Below are positions 17,953-28,371 of a DNA stretch of 55,029 nt, piece by piece. Under the pieces are notes generated by a model that worked only from the letters and a program-made list of their open reading frames with translations, was not told the origin of the DNA and ran no database searches. The translations under genes were made by a program, and so were the position numbers. Source of the DNA: an uncultured Alphaproteobacteria bacterium (GTDB lineage: Bacteria; Pseudomonadota; Alphaproteobacteria; HIMB59; GCA-002718135); the NCBI GenBank assembly GCA_902589095.1, contig CACIRR010000003.1, forward strand, positions 1-55,029. Reading direction: 5' to 3'. Each line of letters starts with the position of its first letter. Position 1 is the stretch's first letter.

Positions 17953-20013
17953 TTATTCGTCTAACCACCACTGAGTAGCTAGATATGGATAAGTTCTGTA
18001 ATACTCATAAGAAGTTGTTTTGAATTGCGTAAAGTTTTTCAAAGCATTTCTATGGTATGTTGGGAATGGTGCTTTTACAGTACCAATTAACAAAGTTTGT
18101 TCTGTTAACATAGTAGTGATTTTTTTACCCCACTCATTAGATTCAGCTGTACCTAAAGCATATGATTGGAATTTATCAATCCCATCGCTTAAGTCGTAAA
18201 CCCATTGTGGAGGTTCTACACCGTCTGAGCCATTGCTATCAATATAAGCAGCCCATAACATACCTTGAGTATGATTGAAGTAGTTACCAAATGGTGCTTT
18301 AAATGTTTCAGGATTACCTGCAATAATAGCCAATGGTTGACCTTTATCCCAAGCGTGAACATCTAGAGCATTTGAAGATTGTGAACCACGATATTCATCT
18401 GGTGTAACTTCTTTAAAGTTTGTTTTAACACCAACATCATTCCACATACGTGCAACTAGTTCAACTTCAACACCACCAATACCTTGAGTTGCATAGTCAA
18501 TATTCATAGCAAAAGGAGCTCCATTTGGAAGTTCTCTAAAGCCATCACCATCAACATCTTTCAATCCAACTTCATCAAGTAAAGCGTTAGCTCCATCTGG
18601 ATCATATTGGGTCATATGCATTTTGATTTCATCAGAAACGAAATCCGGCGCAGGTGAAATACCTACAAACTGCTCTACAACACCCATTCCGTAGTAAGCA
18701 ACATCATTGATTTCATTTCTATCAAGTGCAATTGACATTGCTTGACGGAAACGAATATCACCATAGACTTTACGTTTTTCTAAATCTGGATGAGTAACGT
18801 TAAAGCTAAATAGTGCTGCACCACAACCTGGGTTAATTTGAAGATTATACTCACCTGATTCAGCACCGTCTAATAATTGAGGCGCAGATTCAAGTTGAAC
18901 AGATTGCGATTTATAATCAACCTCACCGTTAACTAGTTTTAACAATCTAATCTCATTTTCATTGATGTATCTTTCATTTTGATAATCAATGTATGGTAAT
19001 TGATTTCCAGCGGTATCCACTTGGTGGAAATATGGATTAGCTGCATACACTCTTCCCTCAGTAGTATCTTCTATAGTCATATAAGCTTCTAATGAAGGAT
19101 AAGCTGCGTATTCTAAACCACCCACTAGATCAGGGTTTCTCAACATAGGAGTTGGAGTATCAGTCCAACCTGAGTTACCATAATAGGCAGCAAGAGCATC
19201 CCAACCATCTGCAAAACCTAAAGCTTGTGCATTTGCATCAGCATTAGAGTCTATTTCAGGATGGAATTGTTCTAAGAAATGTGCTGGCATAAAAAATTGA
19301 TTATATGACCAAGCAATAGTTGCTGTTAAACCTGGGAAAGGTGATGGTAAGTTGAATCTAGCTGTTACATCATCAATAACATCAACAGTCATTGGTTCAC
19401 CACCAACAAGAAGATATGGATATGGTTTTTCTCTAATTTTTGGATTCATCATTAGATCTTCATACCAAAATTCAATATCTCTAGCAGTAAATGGTTCGCC
19501 ATTTGACCACTTATGGCCTTTTCTAAGTGTAAAAGTTAATGTTGTGAAATCGTCATTCCACTCAAAACTTTTAGCAACATTTGGAACAATAGTTGATAAG
19601 TCATCAGCAAATCTTAAAAGGTTTACGTGACGAGTTGATAACATATCTGAAGTACCTGCTTCAGTAGCATTTGATAAGAAATTAATTGTACCACCGTATT
19701 TTCCAATTGAATCATAAGGTCTTACAACCAATGGTTCTTCTGGAAGTCTATCCTCTACAGGGGGTAAAGCTTTATTTCCTTGAATAGTTGCATTAATACT
19801 TGCAATGTTAGGATTTTCCTTAAATTGCATTTCACAACCTGCTAATTGTTCAAACTCAGCTAATTCATACTGTTGTGTATATTGTCCAGCATCAACACCA
19901 TTTGGATTGCTTTGCGTTGAACCATTACCAGCACAAGGACCGGCAAAAGAAAAACTACTCCATGATATTGTAGCTAAAGAAAATACAACAGCTAAAATTA
20001 ATTTTTTAAACAT
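17953..20013 (-). CDS. Family-5 ABC solute-binding protein, carbohydrate-binding-type subgroup
   Basis: Signal peptide, LPPVEDRLPEEPLVV...GKYGG, LRKGHKWSNGEPFTARD, NPYFHQVDTAGNQLPYID, FRQAMSIALDR; AGGAG RBS. Confidence 0.9.
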   Translation of the reverse strand: MFKKLILAVVFSLATISWSSFSFAGPCAGNGSTQSNPNGVDAGQYTQQYELAEFEQLAGCEMQFKENPNIASINATIQGNKALPPVEDRLPEEPLVVRPYDSIGKYGGTINFLSNATEAGTSDMLSTRHVNLLRFADDLSTIVPNVAKSFEWNDDFTTLTFTLRKGHKWSNGEPFTARDIEFWYEDLMMNPKIREKPYPYLLVGGEPMTVDVIDDVTARFNLPSPFPGLTATIAWSYNQFFMPAHFLEQFHPEIDSNADANAQALGFADGWDALAAYYGNSGWTDTPTPMLRNPDLVGGLEYAAYPSLEAYMTIEDTTEGRVYAANPYFHQVDTAGNQLPYIDYQNERYINENEIRLLKLVNGEVDYKSQSVQLESAPQLLDGAESGEYNLQINPGCGAALFSFNVTHPDLEKRKVYGDIRFRQAMSIALDRNEINDVAYYGMGVVEQFVGISPAPDFVSDEIKMHMTQYDPDGANALLDEVGLKDVDGDGFRELPNGAPFAMNIDYATQGIGGVEVELVARMWNDVGVKTNFKEVTPDEYRGSQSSNALDVHAWDKGQPLAIIAGNPETFKAPFGNYFNHTQGMLWAAYIDSNGSDGVEPPQWVYDLSDGIDKFQSYALGTAESNEWGKKITTMLTEQTLLIGTVKAPFPTYHRNALKNFTQFKTTSYEYYRTYPYLATQWWLDE

Positions 20014-20182
20014 ATTATTTTCTCCTCTTTAAATTTAAAGTACTGTTAAAGTAATTACATGAATAGATTTAAAATACAAAAAATTTTTAACAATTTTATT
20101 ACAAATAAATGAAGATATTGTGTATTAGTTACAGTAAACAACAAGATATAGTTATATTTGTGTTTAAATATTATTAAATTTT

Positions 20183-21712
20183 ATGAAGAGATCAGTTTTA
20201 TTTTTATGTGCAGATCAATGGAGGTGGGACTGTTTTGGCTTTATGAAACATAAGAATGTTTTAACTCCAAACATTGATAAGTTAGTAAAAAAAAGTACTG
20301 CTTTTACATCACACTATGCAGGCATCGTGCCTTGCGGTCCATCAAGAACAACTATGTTAACAGGATTATACCCTTTCATTCATCGTTCAGTAACCAATGG
20401 TGCACCTTTAGATAAGCGTTTTACAAATATTGCAAAAGAAGTTCGAAAAATTGGTTATGAACCAAACTTATATGGTTATACCGATACATCGTGGGATCCA
20501 AGATATTTAGATCCTAAAGATGAAAAAAATTTTACATATGAATCACCTATGGAAGGATTTAATACAAAATGTCTTTTACCAGGAAGTGAACCAGAAGCTT
20601 GGGCTAAACATTTAAATAATAATGGTTTCAAAATAAATCACGCATCAGAATTGTATAAAAGTCGTCAGGCAATAAAGGGTAAAGCTTTTATTCATGAAGC
20701 TTATGATATTCCAACTGAATTTTCTGATACCGCTTTTTTAGCTGATAGAGCAATCAAAGATTTATTATCAGAAAAAAATTATTTTTTTAAACATGTATCT
20801 TTTTTAAAACCTCACCCACCTTTTCATGTTGCTGAACCTTGGTTTAGTCAAGTAAATCCTGATGATATCGATTTGCCAGCCTCAAATAATTCACTGGAAG
20901 AGCTTTCAGATAGGCATCCATTACTTAAGGAGATTTCCAAAAAATTTCAAAATAAAAAAAATTTTACTGAGATGCGATTTTCAGAACTAACTGAAAAAGA
21001 TATTAAAAATATTAAAAGTGTTTATTTCGGAATGTGTGCTGAAGTAGATCATAACATTGGTAAAATTTTAAATGCTTTAGAATCCTCTGATCAAATCAAT
21101 AACACAATGATTATCTTTACAAGTGATCATGGGGAAATGCTAGGTGAAAATAATTTGTGGGGGAAATTGGGTTGGTGGGATTCATCCTATCGTATTCCAC
21201 TAATTATTCATGTGCCAGGTCAGCAACATACATTTGTAAATGATATGACAGAATCTGTTGATTTAGCTCCAACTATATTAGATTGGTTAGGTGCAGAAAT
21301 ACCACTTGATTGGAATGGAAGATCACTACTAAAATATGTAAAAAATCAAAAAAGTGAAGTACCATCAAAAGATTATGTAGTTTTTGATTATGATTTTAGA
21401 GAGTCAACATCATTTGTAAAAAATAAAAAACTTGCTCCAGAAGAATGTAATTTATCTGTAATTAGAACTGCTAAATGGAAGTATGTACATTTTCCTTCTA
21501 TGCCTTCATTACTTTTTAATATGGATGAAGACCCGTGTGAAGTTAATAATCTATCTGAGTTACCAAAATATCAATCTATTATAAATGAACTTTTATCCAA
21601 ATTATTAAGTCACCGAATGCTTCATCAAGAGAGACAATTATCAAACACTATGCTATCTTCAAATGGTGTTAAAACAAATTCTGGTCCATTTAATAGAAAA
21701 CAAAATCATTGA
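20183..21712 (+). CDS. Alkaline-phosphatase-superfamily sulfatase-like hydrolase, phosphonate monoester hydrolase/phosphodiesterase (PMH)-like
   Basis: DQWRWD, CGPSRTTMLTG, HRSVTNGAPLD, GYTDTSWDPR, KPHPP, TSDHGEMLG, WKYVHF. Confidence 0.82.
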   Translation: MKRSVLFLCADQWRWDCFGFMKHKNVLTPNIDKLVKKSTAFTSHYAGIVPCGPSRTTMLTGLYPFIHRSVTNGAPLDKRFTNIAKEVRKIGYEPNLYGYTDTSWDPRYLDPKDEKNFTYESPMEGFNTKCLLPGSEPEAWAKHLNNNGFKINHASELYKSRQAIKGKAFIHEAYDIPTEFSDTAFLADRAIKDLLSEKNYFFKHVSFLKPHPPFHVAEPWFSQVNPDDIDLPASNNSLEELSDRHPLLKEISKKFQNKKNFTEMRFSELTEKDIKNIKSVYFGMCAEVDHNIGKILNALESSDQINNTMIIFTSDHGEMLGENNLWGKLGWWDSSYRIPLIIHVPGQQHTFVNDMTESVDLAPTILDWLGAEIPLDWNGRSLLKYVKNQKSEVPSKDYVVFDYDFRESTSFVKNKKLAPEECNLSVIRTAKWKYVHFPSMPSLLFNMDEDPCEVNNLSELPKYQSIINELLSKLLSHRMLHQERQLSNTMLSSNGVKTNSGPFNRKQNH

Positions 21713-21718
21713 ATAAAC

Positions 21719-22771
21719 ATGTTAACTACTGTTATTGGCGCTTACCCAAAACCTAATTACCTAAAAATTACAGATTGGTTTAATGCAAAAGGGGGAACGG
21801 ATACAGCAAACCCAACAAAATTCTATAATGATGAAATAAGAAAAATGGGTAATGATGCGGATAAGATTTTTAAAAAAGCAGCAGAAGATGTAATTAAAGA
21901 TCAATTAGATTGTGGTATCGATATAGTAACTGACGGCGAAATAAAAAGAGAAAACTACATTCATTATCATTGTAGACATTTAAATGGCGTTGATTTTAAT
22001 ACCCTTACAGAAAAAGTAGCGATAACTGGAAATTATAAATGTTGGCTGCCAACAATAACAGATAAAATATCAGCAACAGAACCTTTCTTGATTGATGAAT
22101 GGAAAAATAATCAAAGTATATCTAGCAAACCTGTAAAGGTTACCATTCCTGGACCAATGACAATTACAGACACAATAGCAAATTCCTATTACAAATCAGA
22201 TGATGAAATGGGTCATGATTTAGCTATAGCCATCAACGTTGAAATTAAAAGATTAGTTGAAGCTGGATGTAAATATATACAAGTTGATGAACCTCTTTTT
22301 GCACGCAAGCCAGAAAATGCTCTTTATTTTGGGATTAGTAATCTTGAAAAATGTTTTGAAGGAATTAATGATAGTAGTATTGAAAAAATCACACATATTT
22401 GTTGTGGATATCCTGATAAAATAGATGCTGTCAACTATCCAAAAGCACCGTTAGATTCTTATAAAAAAATTGCGAAGGCATTGGATAACTCCATCATTGA
22501 TAGTGTTTCGATTGAGGATGCTCACCGTTATAATGATTTGCGCTTACTATCTTATTATGAACACACAAAAATAATTTTTGGTGTGATCAAAATTGCTAGT
22601 TCTTCAATTGAAACTAAAGAAGAGATTGAAAATAGAATTAACGAGTCACTTAAATATATTTCAAAAGAGCAACTAATTTTAGCTCCAGATTGTGGGCTAG
22701 GACATTTATCAAGAGAACTGGCGGTTAAAAAGCTGAAGATAATGTCCTCAGTTGCAAAAAAATTTAGTTAA
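21719..22771 (+). CDS. Cobalamin-independent methionine synthase catalytic-domain-only protein (MetE C-terminal-like)
   Basis: TTVIGAYPKP, TDGEIKRE, PGPMT, IQVDEP, Zn ligands HICC and PDCG. Confidence 0.85.
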   Translation: MLTTVIGAYPKPNYLKITDWFNAKGGTDTANPTKFYNDEIRKMGNDADKIFKKAAEDVIKDQLDCGIDIVTDGEIKRENYIHYHCRHLNGVDFNTLTEKVAITGNYKCWLPTITDKISATEPFLIDEWKNNQSISSKPVKVTIPGPMTITDTIANSYYKSDDEMGHDLAIAINVEIKRLVEAGCKYIQVDEPLFARKPENALYFGISNLEKCFEGINDSSIEKITHICCGYPDKIDAVNYPKAPLDSYKKIAKALDNSIIDSVSIEDAHRYNDLRLLSYYEHTKIIFGVIKIASSSIETKEEIENRINESLKYISKEQLILAPDCGLGHLSRELAVKKLKIMSSVAKKFS

Positions 22772-22840
22772 ACACTAAAGAGCAAGGTTTATGTTTCTTT
22801 GTAATAGATATTCTTATCTATTATGTGATATTGTTGATAG

Positions 22841-23905
22841 ATGACTGATCATAATTCTATTTTAGAAGTAAATTTAAAAAACCTTCAATATAATTATAAA
22901 AAGCTATCCGGATTAGCAAATAGATCAATTTGTGCTGCAACAATTAAATCAGATGCATATGGTCTAGGAGTATTGGATGTTTTTGATGCACTTTATAAAG
23001 TTAGTTGTAGACATTTTTTTGTAGCAACAACACAAGAGGCCCTAGAAATAAGAAAAAAAAGATCGACTGCGAATATTTATGTGTTGAATGGTTTAGAAAG
23101 TAATAACATCTCTATTTTTAACAAGCACAAAATTATACCAATTTTAAATGACATAAAGGAATATAATTTCGTTTTGAAAAACATCGCAAAATTTAAAAAA
23201 TTAAAATTTGGATTACATGTCGATACAGGAATAAACAGACTTGGTATAAATTTCAAAGATTTTTTAGAACTAAAATTTAAAAAAAATTTTCATATTTTGA
23301 TAAGTCACTTGGCAAGCTCCGATGAATCCAAGAACTATTATAACACTGTTCAAAATACAAAATTTAGAAAAGCAATTGATCAACAACTTAACGTTAAAAT
23401 TAAAAGTCTCTCCAATTCATTCGCATTAATTTTAGGAAAAGATTACCACTATGATCTCGTAAGGCCTGGTATTTCTTTATATGGAGGTCACCAAAACACA
23501 AAAATGAAAAAAATAATAAAACCAGTTGCTTCATTAAAAGGAAAAATACTGCAGATTAAAGAAATTGGTAAAAATGAATATATTGGGTACAATCAAACCT
23601 ATAAAACAACTAAGAAATTAAAAGTAGCAGTAGTTGGGATTGGATATGGAGATGGAATTTCTAGATTATTAAGTAATGTAGGAGAAGTGCATGCAAAAAA
23701 ATATAAGTATAAAATTTTAGGGCGTGTTTCCATGGACACAATTACGATTGATATCACGAGAAACAGTAATCATTTAAAAGTAGGTCATTACATAGAAATA
23801 TTTAATCATACATTTGGAATTGATAGTTTAGCAAAACAATGCAACACCATTCCTCATGAAATTCTTACATCTATTACAAAAAGAGTTAAGCGCGTTTATA
23901 AATAA
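22841..23905 (+). CDS. alr: Alanine racemase
   Basis: ATIKSDAYGLG (PLP Lys), HVDTGINRLG, SHLA, VRPGISLYG, IGY, GYGDG, GRVSMD. Confidence 0.9.
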   Translation: MTDHNSILEVNLKNLQYNYKKLSGLANRSICAATIKSDAYGLGVLDVFDALYKVSCRHFFVATTQEALEIRKKRSTANIYVLNGLESNNISIFNKHKIIPILNDIKEYNFVLKNIAKFKKLKFGLHVDTGINRLGINFKDFLELKFKKNFHILISHLASSDESKNYYNTVQNTKFRKAIDQQLNVKIKSLSNSFALILGKDYHYDLVRPGISLYGGHQNTKMKKIIKPVASLKGKILQIKEIGKNEYIGYNQTYKTTKKLKVAVVGIGYGDGISRLLSNVGEVHAKKYKYKILGRVSMDTITIDITRNSNHLKVGHYIEIFNHTFGIDSLAKQCNTIPHEILTSITKRVKRVYK

Positions 23906-23908
23906 TTA

Positions 23909-24769
23909 TCACAACCCGTGTGATTGATTATATTTTGATACAACCGGAGATGTCCACTTTTTTAAAACATTAGATTTTGTTTTAAATATAGATACTTTTA
24001 AAGGATGGCACTGAGCAGTATCTGAAGAGTGTTCAGCGCTACAATCACCACCAGGACAAGCAGATAATACTCCCAACAAATCTATTTCAGCATAAAACTC
24101 CAAAAAATCACCCGGTCTCACGGGGCTTGCCTTCATAAAATATTGGTGTGTATCATGAGTAAAACCCGTACACATGAATACATTCAGAACATCATGAACT
24201 AAATTTTCAGCTTCATCTTTTTGTAAATTCCTCTCTTTAATTAAAGCTCTTGTAAGATTTGAGTGGCAACAATAATGATATTGATTATTTGAAATTAAAT
24301 TATTCGTGTAAGGATCACACCTTGTTCCTATAACATCATGAACTGATCCTCCATCTTTATCAAATCCGTACCAATCTAAAGTATCATATGTAATAGTCGC
24401 TAGTGGTCTCAAATAAGGAAGTGTACTCCACATTTGATCTTTAAGCGAAAGATGTGTTCCATGTAAAGCACGCGTTTTACCTGAATAAAACTTTTCTTTG
24501 TAATTATTTGCATTGAACAAATTTAGATCCCCAACTTGAGGACCATCAATACTTTCTATTCTAAAAAAATACCCTGCTTTAACATCAAAACATTTTGCAT
24601 CTCTTGGAGGAATTATGACTTCATCGATTTTCTCAAGCTCTTTTCTTGCTTGTTGATAATTATCCCAATAAGGAATTTTTATTGTATCATTTGGATAACA
24701 GATAACAGGTGAATTTAGTTTTCGACTTTCCCCATCTGCAGGTTTTTTATGTTGGGAATATTTTTTCAT
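23909..24769 (-). CDS. DUF1989 / urea-carboxylase-associated family protein
   Basis: GPQVGDLNLFN, HDVIGTRCDPY, CCHSNL, HDVLNVFMCTGF, LSACPGGD. Confidence 0.82.
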   Translation of the reverse strand: MKKYSQHKKPADGESRKLNSPVICYPNDTIKIPYWDNYQQARKELEKIDEVIIPPRDAKCFDVKAGYFFRIESIDGPQVGDLNLFNANNYKEKFYSGKTRALHGTHLSLKDQMWSTLPYLRPLATITYDTLDWYGFDKDGGSVHDVIGTRCDPYTNNLISNNQYHYCCHSNLTRALIKERNLQKDEAENLVHDVLNVFMCTGFTHDTHQYFMKASPVRPGDFLEFYAEIDLLGVLSACPGGDCSAEHSSDTAQCHPLKVSIFKTKSNVLKKWTSPVVSKYNQSHGL

Positions 24770-24795
24770 ACTTAATGTATTAGAAAAAAATACAT

Positions 24796-25773
24796 TTATT
24801 TATATGCAATTACGCTAATAATCTCAAACATGATGGATGCAGCTACCATTGACGTGATATTATTCTTTTGATCTTTAGTGGGCATTAGACATACAACATC
24901 ACCACCAATGACATTTTTGTTTTTAACTGATTGAATCAGTGCTTTTGCTTCATCAACACTAAAGCCAGTAAATCCAGGCTCAATGTTTGAAACGGCAGGA
25001 GCTACAGAGGCATCGAGTGAGTCTAAATCAAACGTAATATAAACAGGATTATCACCTATTTTATCTAAAGTTTCTCTAATGACATCATCAATTCCTCTTT
25101 TTTTAAATTCATCCATCGTAACTACATTGTAACCAAGGTCATAACTTGGCTGCAACCAATCTAACGTTCTAGGATTGCCACGCATACCAATTTGCATACT
25201 AGTTTTTGGATCTATAATGCCTTGTTCAACTAAGTAAGCACCCCAATGAGCAGCACTTTTTTTTGCACCCATGAAATGATCCAATTGACTAAAGGTATCA
25301 GTATGAGCGTCAATATGGAGAAATGATATTTTTTTTCCATTTGTAAGTTCTAGGTTATTACTTCCTAAACCTTGAAGAATACCACCTGTAATAGAATGAT
25401 CTCCACCGATAGATACAACTGGTTTTTTTTCTTTTGCAATTCTCTCATAGAAATTTGTAATATCTTCAATGCATCGTTCATTGTTATTTGCATGAGGAAG
25501 CGCAACATCACCTAAATCAAATATTTTTTTTTGTTTCCACGGATTAATATTGAAATCTAAATGCACTCTTCTTAATCCAGCTGATACATGTCTGACAGCT
25601 CTTGGACCTAAATGTTGATCTCTTTCAGTTGTACCGTTACCAGTACTATGAGGGACTCCAACAAGAGCAATATCACATTTTGATATATCTTTTTGATGTT
25701 CACATCGAAACAATGTTGGTATCCCCCACCAATACATGGTCTCCATCATCAACTCATCATTTGAGTTTGTCAT
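24796..25773 (-). CDS. Ureohydrolase (agmatinase/arginase family), atypical active site
   Basis: Metal ligands GGDHSIT, HIDAHTD, FDLDSLD; GPRAVR; QIGMRG. Confidence 0.87.
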   Translation of the reverse strand: MTNSNDELMMETMYWWGIPTLFRCEHQKDISKCDIALVGVPHSTGNGTTERDQHLGPRAVRHVSAGLRRVHLDFNINPWKQKKIFDLGDVALPHANNNERCIEDITNFYERIAKEKKPVVSIGGDHSITGGILQGLGSNNLELTNGKKISFLHIDAHTDTFSQLDHFMGAKKSAAHWGAYLVEQGIIDPKTSMQIGMRGNPRTLDWLQPSYDLGYNVVTMDEFKKRGIDDVIRETLDKIGDNPVYITFDLDSLDASVAPAVSNIEPGFTGFSVDEAKALIQSVKNKNVIGGDVVCLMPTKDQKNNITSMVAASIMFEIISVIAYK

Positions 25774-25783
25774 TGTTATTAGA

Positions 25784-26899
25784 TTAATTTATTGCTGTGC
25801 TTGGATCAACAAAATTATAACCCAAATCTTCTGCTACAGCCTTATAAGTAACATTTCCTTGGCAAACATTTAAACCGGCAAGAAAATTGGCATCACTATT
25901 TAAAGCATCTCGATAGCCATTTTGAGCTAAATGCAATACAAAAGGAAGTGTTGCTGCATTCAAAGCGAGAGTGGAAGTTCTTGGAACTCCTCCTGGCATA
26001 TTAGCAACACAGTAATGAACGACATCATCGATAACATAAGTAGGGTCAGCATGGGTTGTTGGTTTACTTGTTTCTACACATCCACCTTGATCGATAGCAA
26101 CATCAACAATGACAGAACCTCTCTTCATGACCTTAAGCATATCTTTTGTAATTAATTTAGGAGCATTGGCACCTGGAATTAAAACACCACCAATAAGTAA
26201 ATCAGTTTCAGCAACATAATCTTCTAAATTTATATCGTCTGAAACAAGTGGGATGATACGATCACCAAACTTTGCTTGCAGTTCTTTTAAGCGAGCTTCA
26301 GATTTATCAACAATATGGACTTTCGCTTCCATTCCCGTTGCAATGGTAGCTGCATTTTCACCAACAACGCCGCCGCCTAATATAAGAACATTACCAGGGT
26401 TTACGCCAGGAGCTCCGCCAATAAGTAAACCTCTTCCACCTTGAGGTTTTTCTAAGCTATGTGCTCCAGCTTGAATTGACATTCTGCCTGCAACTGCACT
26501 CATAGGGGCCAATAAAGGAAGTCTATTATTTTCATCAGTAACAGTCTCATAAGCAATACAAATTGATTTTGAGTCAACTAAACCTTTTGTCAATTCAGGG
26601 GCAGCGGATAAATGTAGATAGGTAAATAAGATTTGATTTTCTCTTAACATATTTACCTCTGCAGATTGAGGCTCTTTAACTTTTACAATCATATCTGAGT
26701 CGTTAAAAACATCAGCAGCGCTAGAAGCTATTTTGGCACCAGCTTTTTCATAGTCAGCATTTTCAAAACCAGCTCCAAAGCCAGCATTGTTCTCAACTAG
26801 GACTTCATGCCCATGATTGGTTAGCTGCTGAACACTCTGAGGTGTAAGCCCAACTCGAGACTCTTGAGCCTTAATCTCAGATGGAATACCAATTTTCAT
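25784..26899 (-). CDS. ald: Alanine dehydrogenase
   Basis: MKIGIPSEIK..ESRVGLTP, KVKEP, FTYLHL, LPLLAPMSAVAGR, DVAIDQGGC, HYCVANMPG. Confidence 0.95.
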   Translation of the reverse strand: MKIGIPSEIKAQESRVGLTPQSVQQLTNHGHEVLVENNAGFGAGFENADYEKAGAKIASSAADVFNDSDMIVKVKEPQSAEVNMLRENQILFTYLHLSAAPELTKGLVDSKSICIAYETVTDENNRLPLLAPMSAVAGRMSIQAGAHSLEKPQGGRGLLIGGAPGVNPGNVLILGGGVVGENAATIATGMEAKVHIVDKSEARLKELQAKFGDRIIPLVSDDINLEDYVAETDLLIGGVLIPGANAPKLITKDMLKVMKRGSVIVDVAIDQGGCVETSKPTTHADPTYVIDDVVHYCVANMPGGVPRTSTLALNAATLPFVLHLAQNGYRDALNSDANFLAGLNVCQGNVTYKAVAEDLGYNFVDPSTAIN

Positions 26900-28239
26900 T
26901 ATTGTTCCTTGAAGTAATTAGTAATTCCTGTTCGGAGTTTCTCAATCATTTCATCAATATGTTTTTTTTCTGAAATAAAAGGTGGAGCAACAATTAAACA
27001 ATCGCCAGTAGCCTTTAAACTTAATCCTGAAGCAAACAGATGTTTAAAGCAAGCATACCCAGCTTTACCCAAACGTTCATCCATTCTTAGATCAATACCA
27101 CCCATCATTCCGTACCCTCTAATATCAACAATGCCCTCAATATCTTTTAAGCTGAATAAGCCGTCTAAGAAATATGGTGACATTTCTTTTGCACGGTTGA
27201 ATAAATCTTCTTTTTCAAAAATATCTTGCATTGCTAGCCCAGCAGCAACTGAACATGGTATTGCTGAGTACGTATATCCATGGAAAAATTCAATAGCTCC
27301 TTTTGGTGCAGCATCAACCATTGAGTCATAAATATGTTCTCGTGATGCCACGGCTCCAAGAGGGACAACACCATTGGTAATTGCTTTTGCCATTGTCATA
27401 ATATCAGGAGTTACATCAAATGCTTGAGCCCCAAATGGTTCACCCATTCTGCCCCAACCAGTTATTACCTCATCAAAAATAAGAAGGATGCCATGTTTAT
27501 CACAAATATCTCTTAATTTTTTTAAATATCCTTTTGGTGGCACTAAAGTTCCAGTAGATCCAGCAACAGGCTCCACAATACATGCAGCAATGTTCTCTCC
27601 ACCAATGTGTCCAGCAATTCTCTCTAAATCTTCAGCTAGGTAATCACCTGTTTCAGGTTCACCGCGAACAAATTTATTTTCCGGTAAGTGCGTGTGACGC
27701 AAGTGATGAGTGTTCGGCATTAATATGCTGGAAAAAGTTTTTCTATTAGCAACCATGCCACCCACTGAAATTCCACCTATGTTCATTCCATGATAACCTC
27801 TTTCACGACCAACAATGTGGTGTCGGTGTCCTTCACCTTTTGCTTTAAAGTAGGCGATGGCAGTTTTGATTGCTGTATCGACTGCGGATGAACCACACAT
27901 AGTAAAAAATATTCTATTTAAATCTTCAGGGGTATGTTTAGAAATTTTTCTTGCTAATTCAAAAGAACCATTAAAGCCTTGTTGAAAAGGTTGCACGTAA
28001 TCAAGTTGTTCGAGCTGTTTATAAACAGCTTCTCTAATTTCCTGACGACCGTGTCCAGCTGGACTACAAAACAATCCTGAACTTGCATCGATCAATTGAT
28101 TGCCGTGATGGTCAGTGTAATACATTCCTTCAGCTTTAACCATCAGCCTTGGATTATCTTTAAAATCGTGATTGGATGTAAATGGCATCCAATGTTCCTC
28201 AAGTGAGTTTGGTAATTCGTTTCTATTTTCTAAATCCAT
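26899..28239 (-). CDS. Class III omega-amino acid:pyruvate aminotransferase (beta-alanine-pyruvate type)
   Basis: HWMPFT, GRERGYHG, IVEPVAGSTG, FDEVITGWGR, PDIMTMAKAIT, FHGYTYS; ATG at 28239. Confidence 0.9.
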   Translation of the reverse strand: MDLENRNELPNSLEEHWMPFTSNHDFKDNPRLMVKAEGMYYTDHHGNQLIDASSGLFCSPAGHGRQEIREAVYKQLEQLDYVQPFQQGFNGSFELARKISKHTPEDLNRIFFTMCGSSAVDTAIKTAIAYFKAKGEGHRHHIVGRERGYHGMNIGGISVGGMVANRKTFSSILMPNTHHLRHTHLPENKFVRGEPETGDYLAEDLERIAGHIGGENIAACIVEPVAGSTGTLVPPKGYLKKLRDICDKHGILLIFDEVITGWGRMGEPFGAQAFDVTPDIMTMAKAITNGVVPLGAVASREHIYDSMVDAAPKGAIEFFHGYTYSAIPCSVAAGLAMQDIFEKEDLFNRAKEMSPYFLDGLFSLKDIEGIVDIRGYGMMGGIDLRMDERLGKAGYACFKHLFASGLSLKATGDCLIVAPPFISEKKHIDEMIEKLRTGITNYFKEQ

Positions 28240-28371
28240 AAATGTCCCCAAATAAGCAAAATTTACCTAGCCTTACATCATACAAATACCTAATCCAAGA
28301 GGAATTCTTGATGTTTTTCTTAATTTCGTAGGAAAAATTGACGCCCTAGTATAGAAGAAAAAAATTCAATT

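Noticed and set aside
22802-22823. Inverted repeat TAATAGATA-ttct-TATCTATTA upstream of alr
   Set aside because: Almost all A/T and single-copy; cannot be told from chance or assigned as operator or terminator
28240-28371. Guanidine riboswitch upstream of the ureohydrolase/DUF1989 operon
   Set aside because: No ykkC or mini-ykkC (ACGR-loop hairpin) pattern visible in the short AT-rich leader
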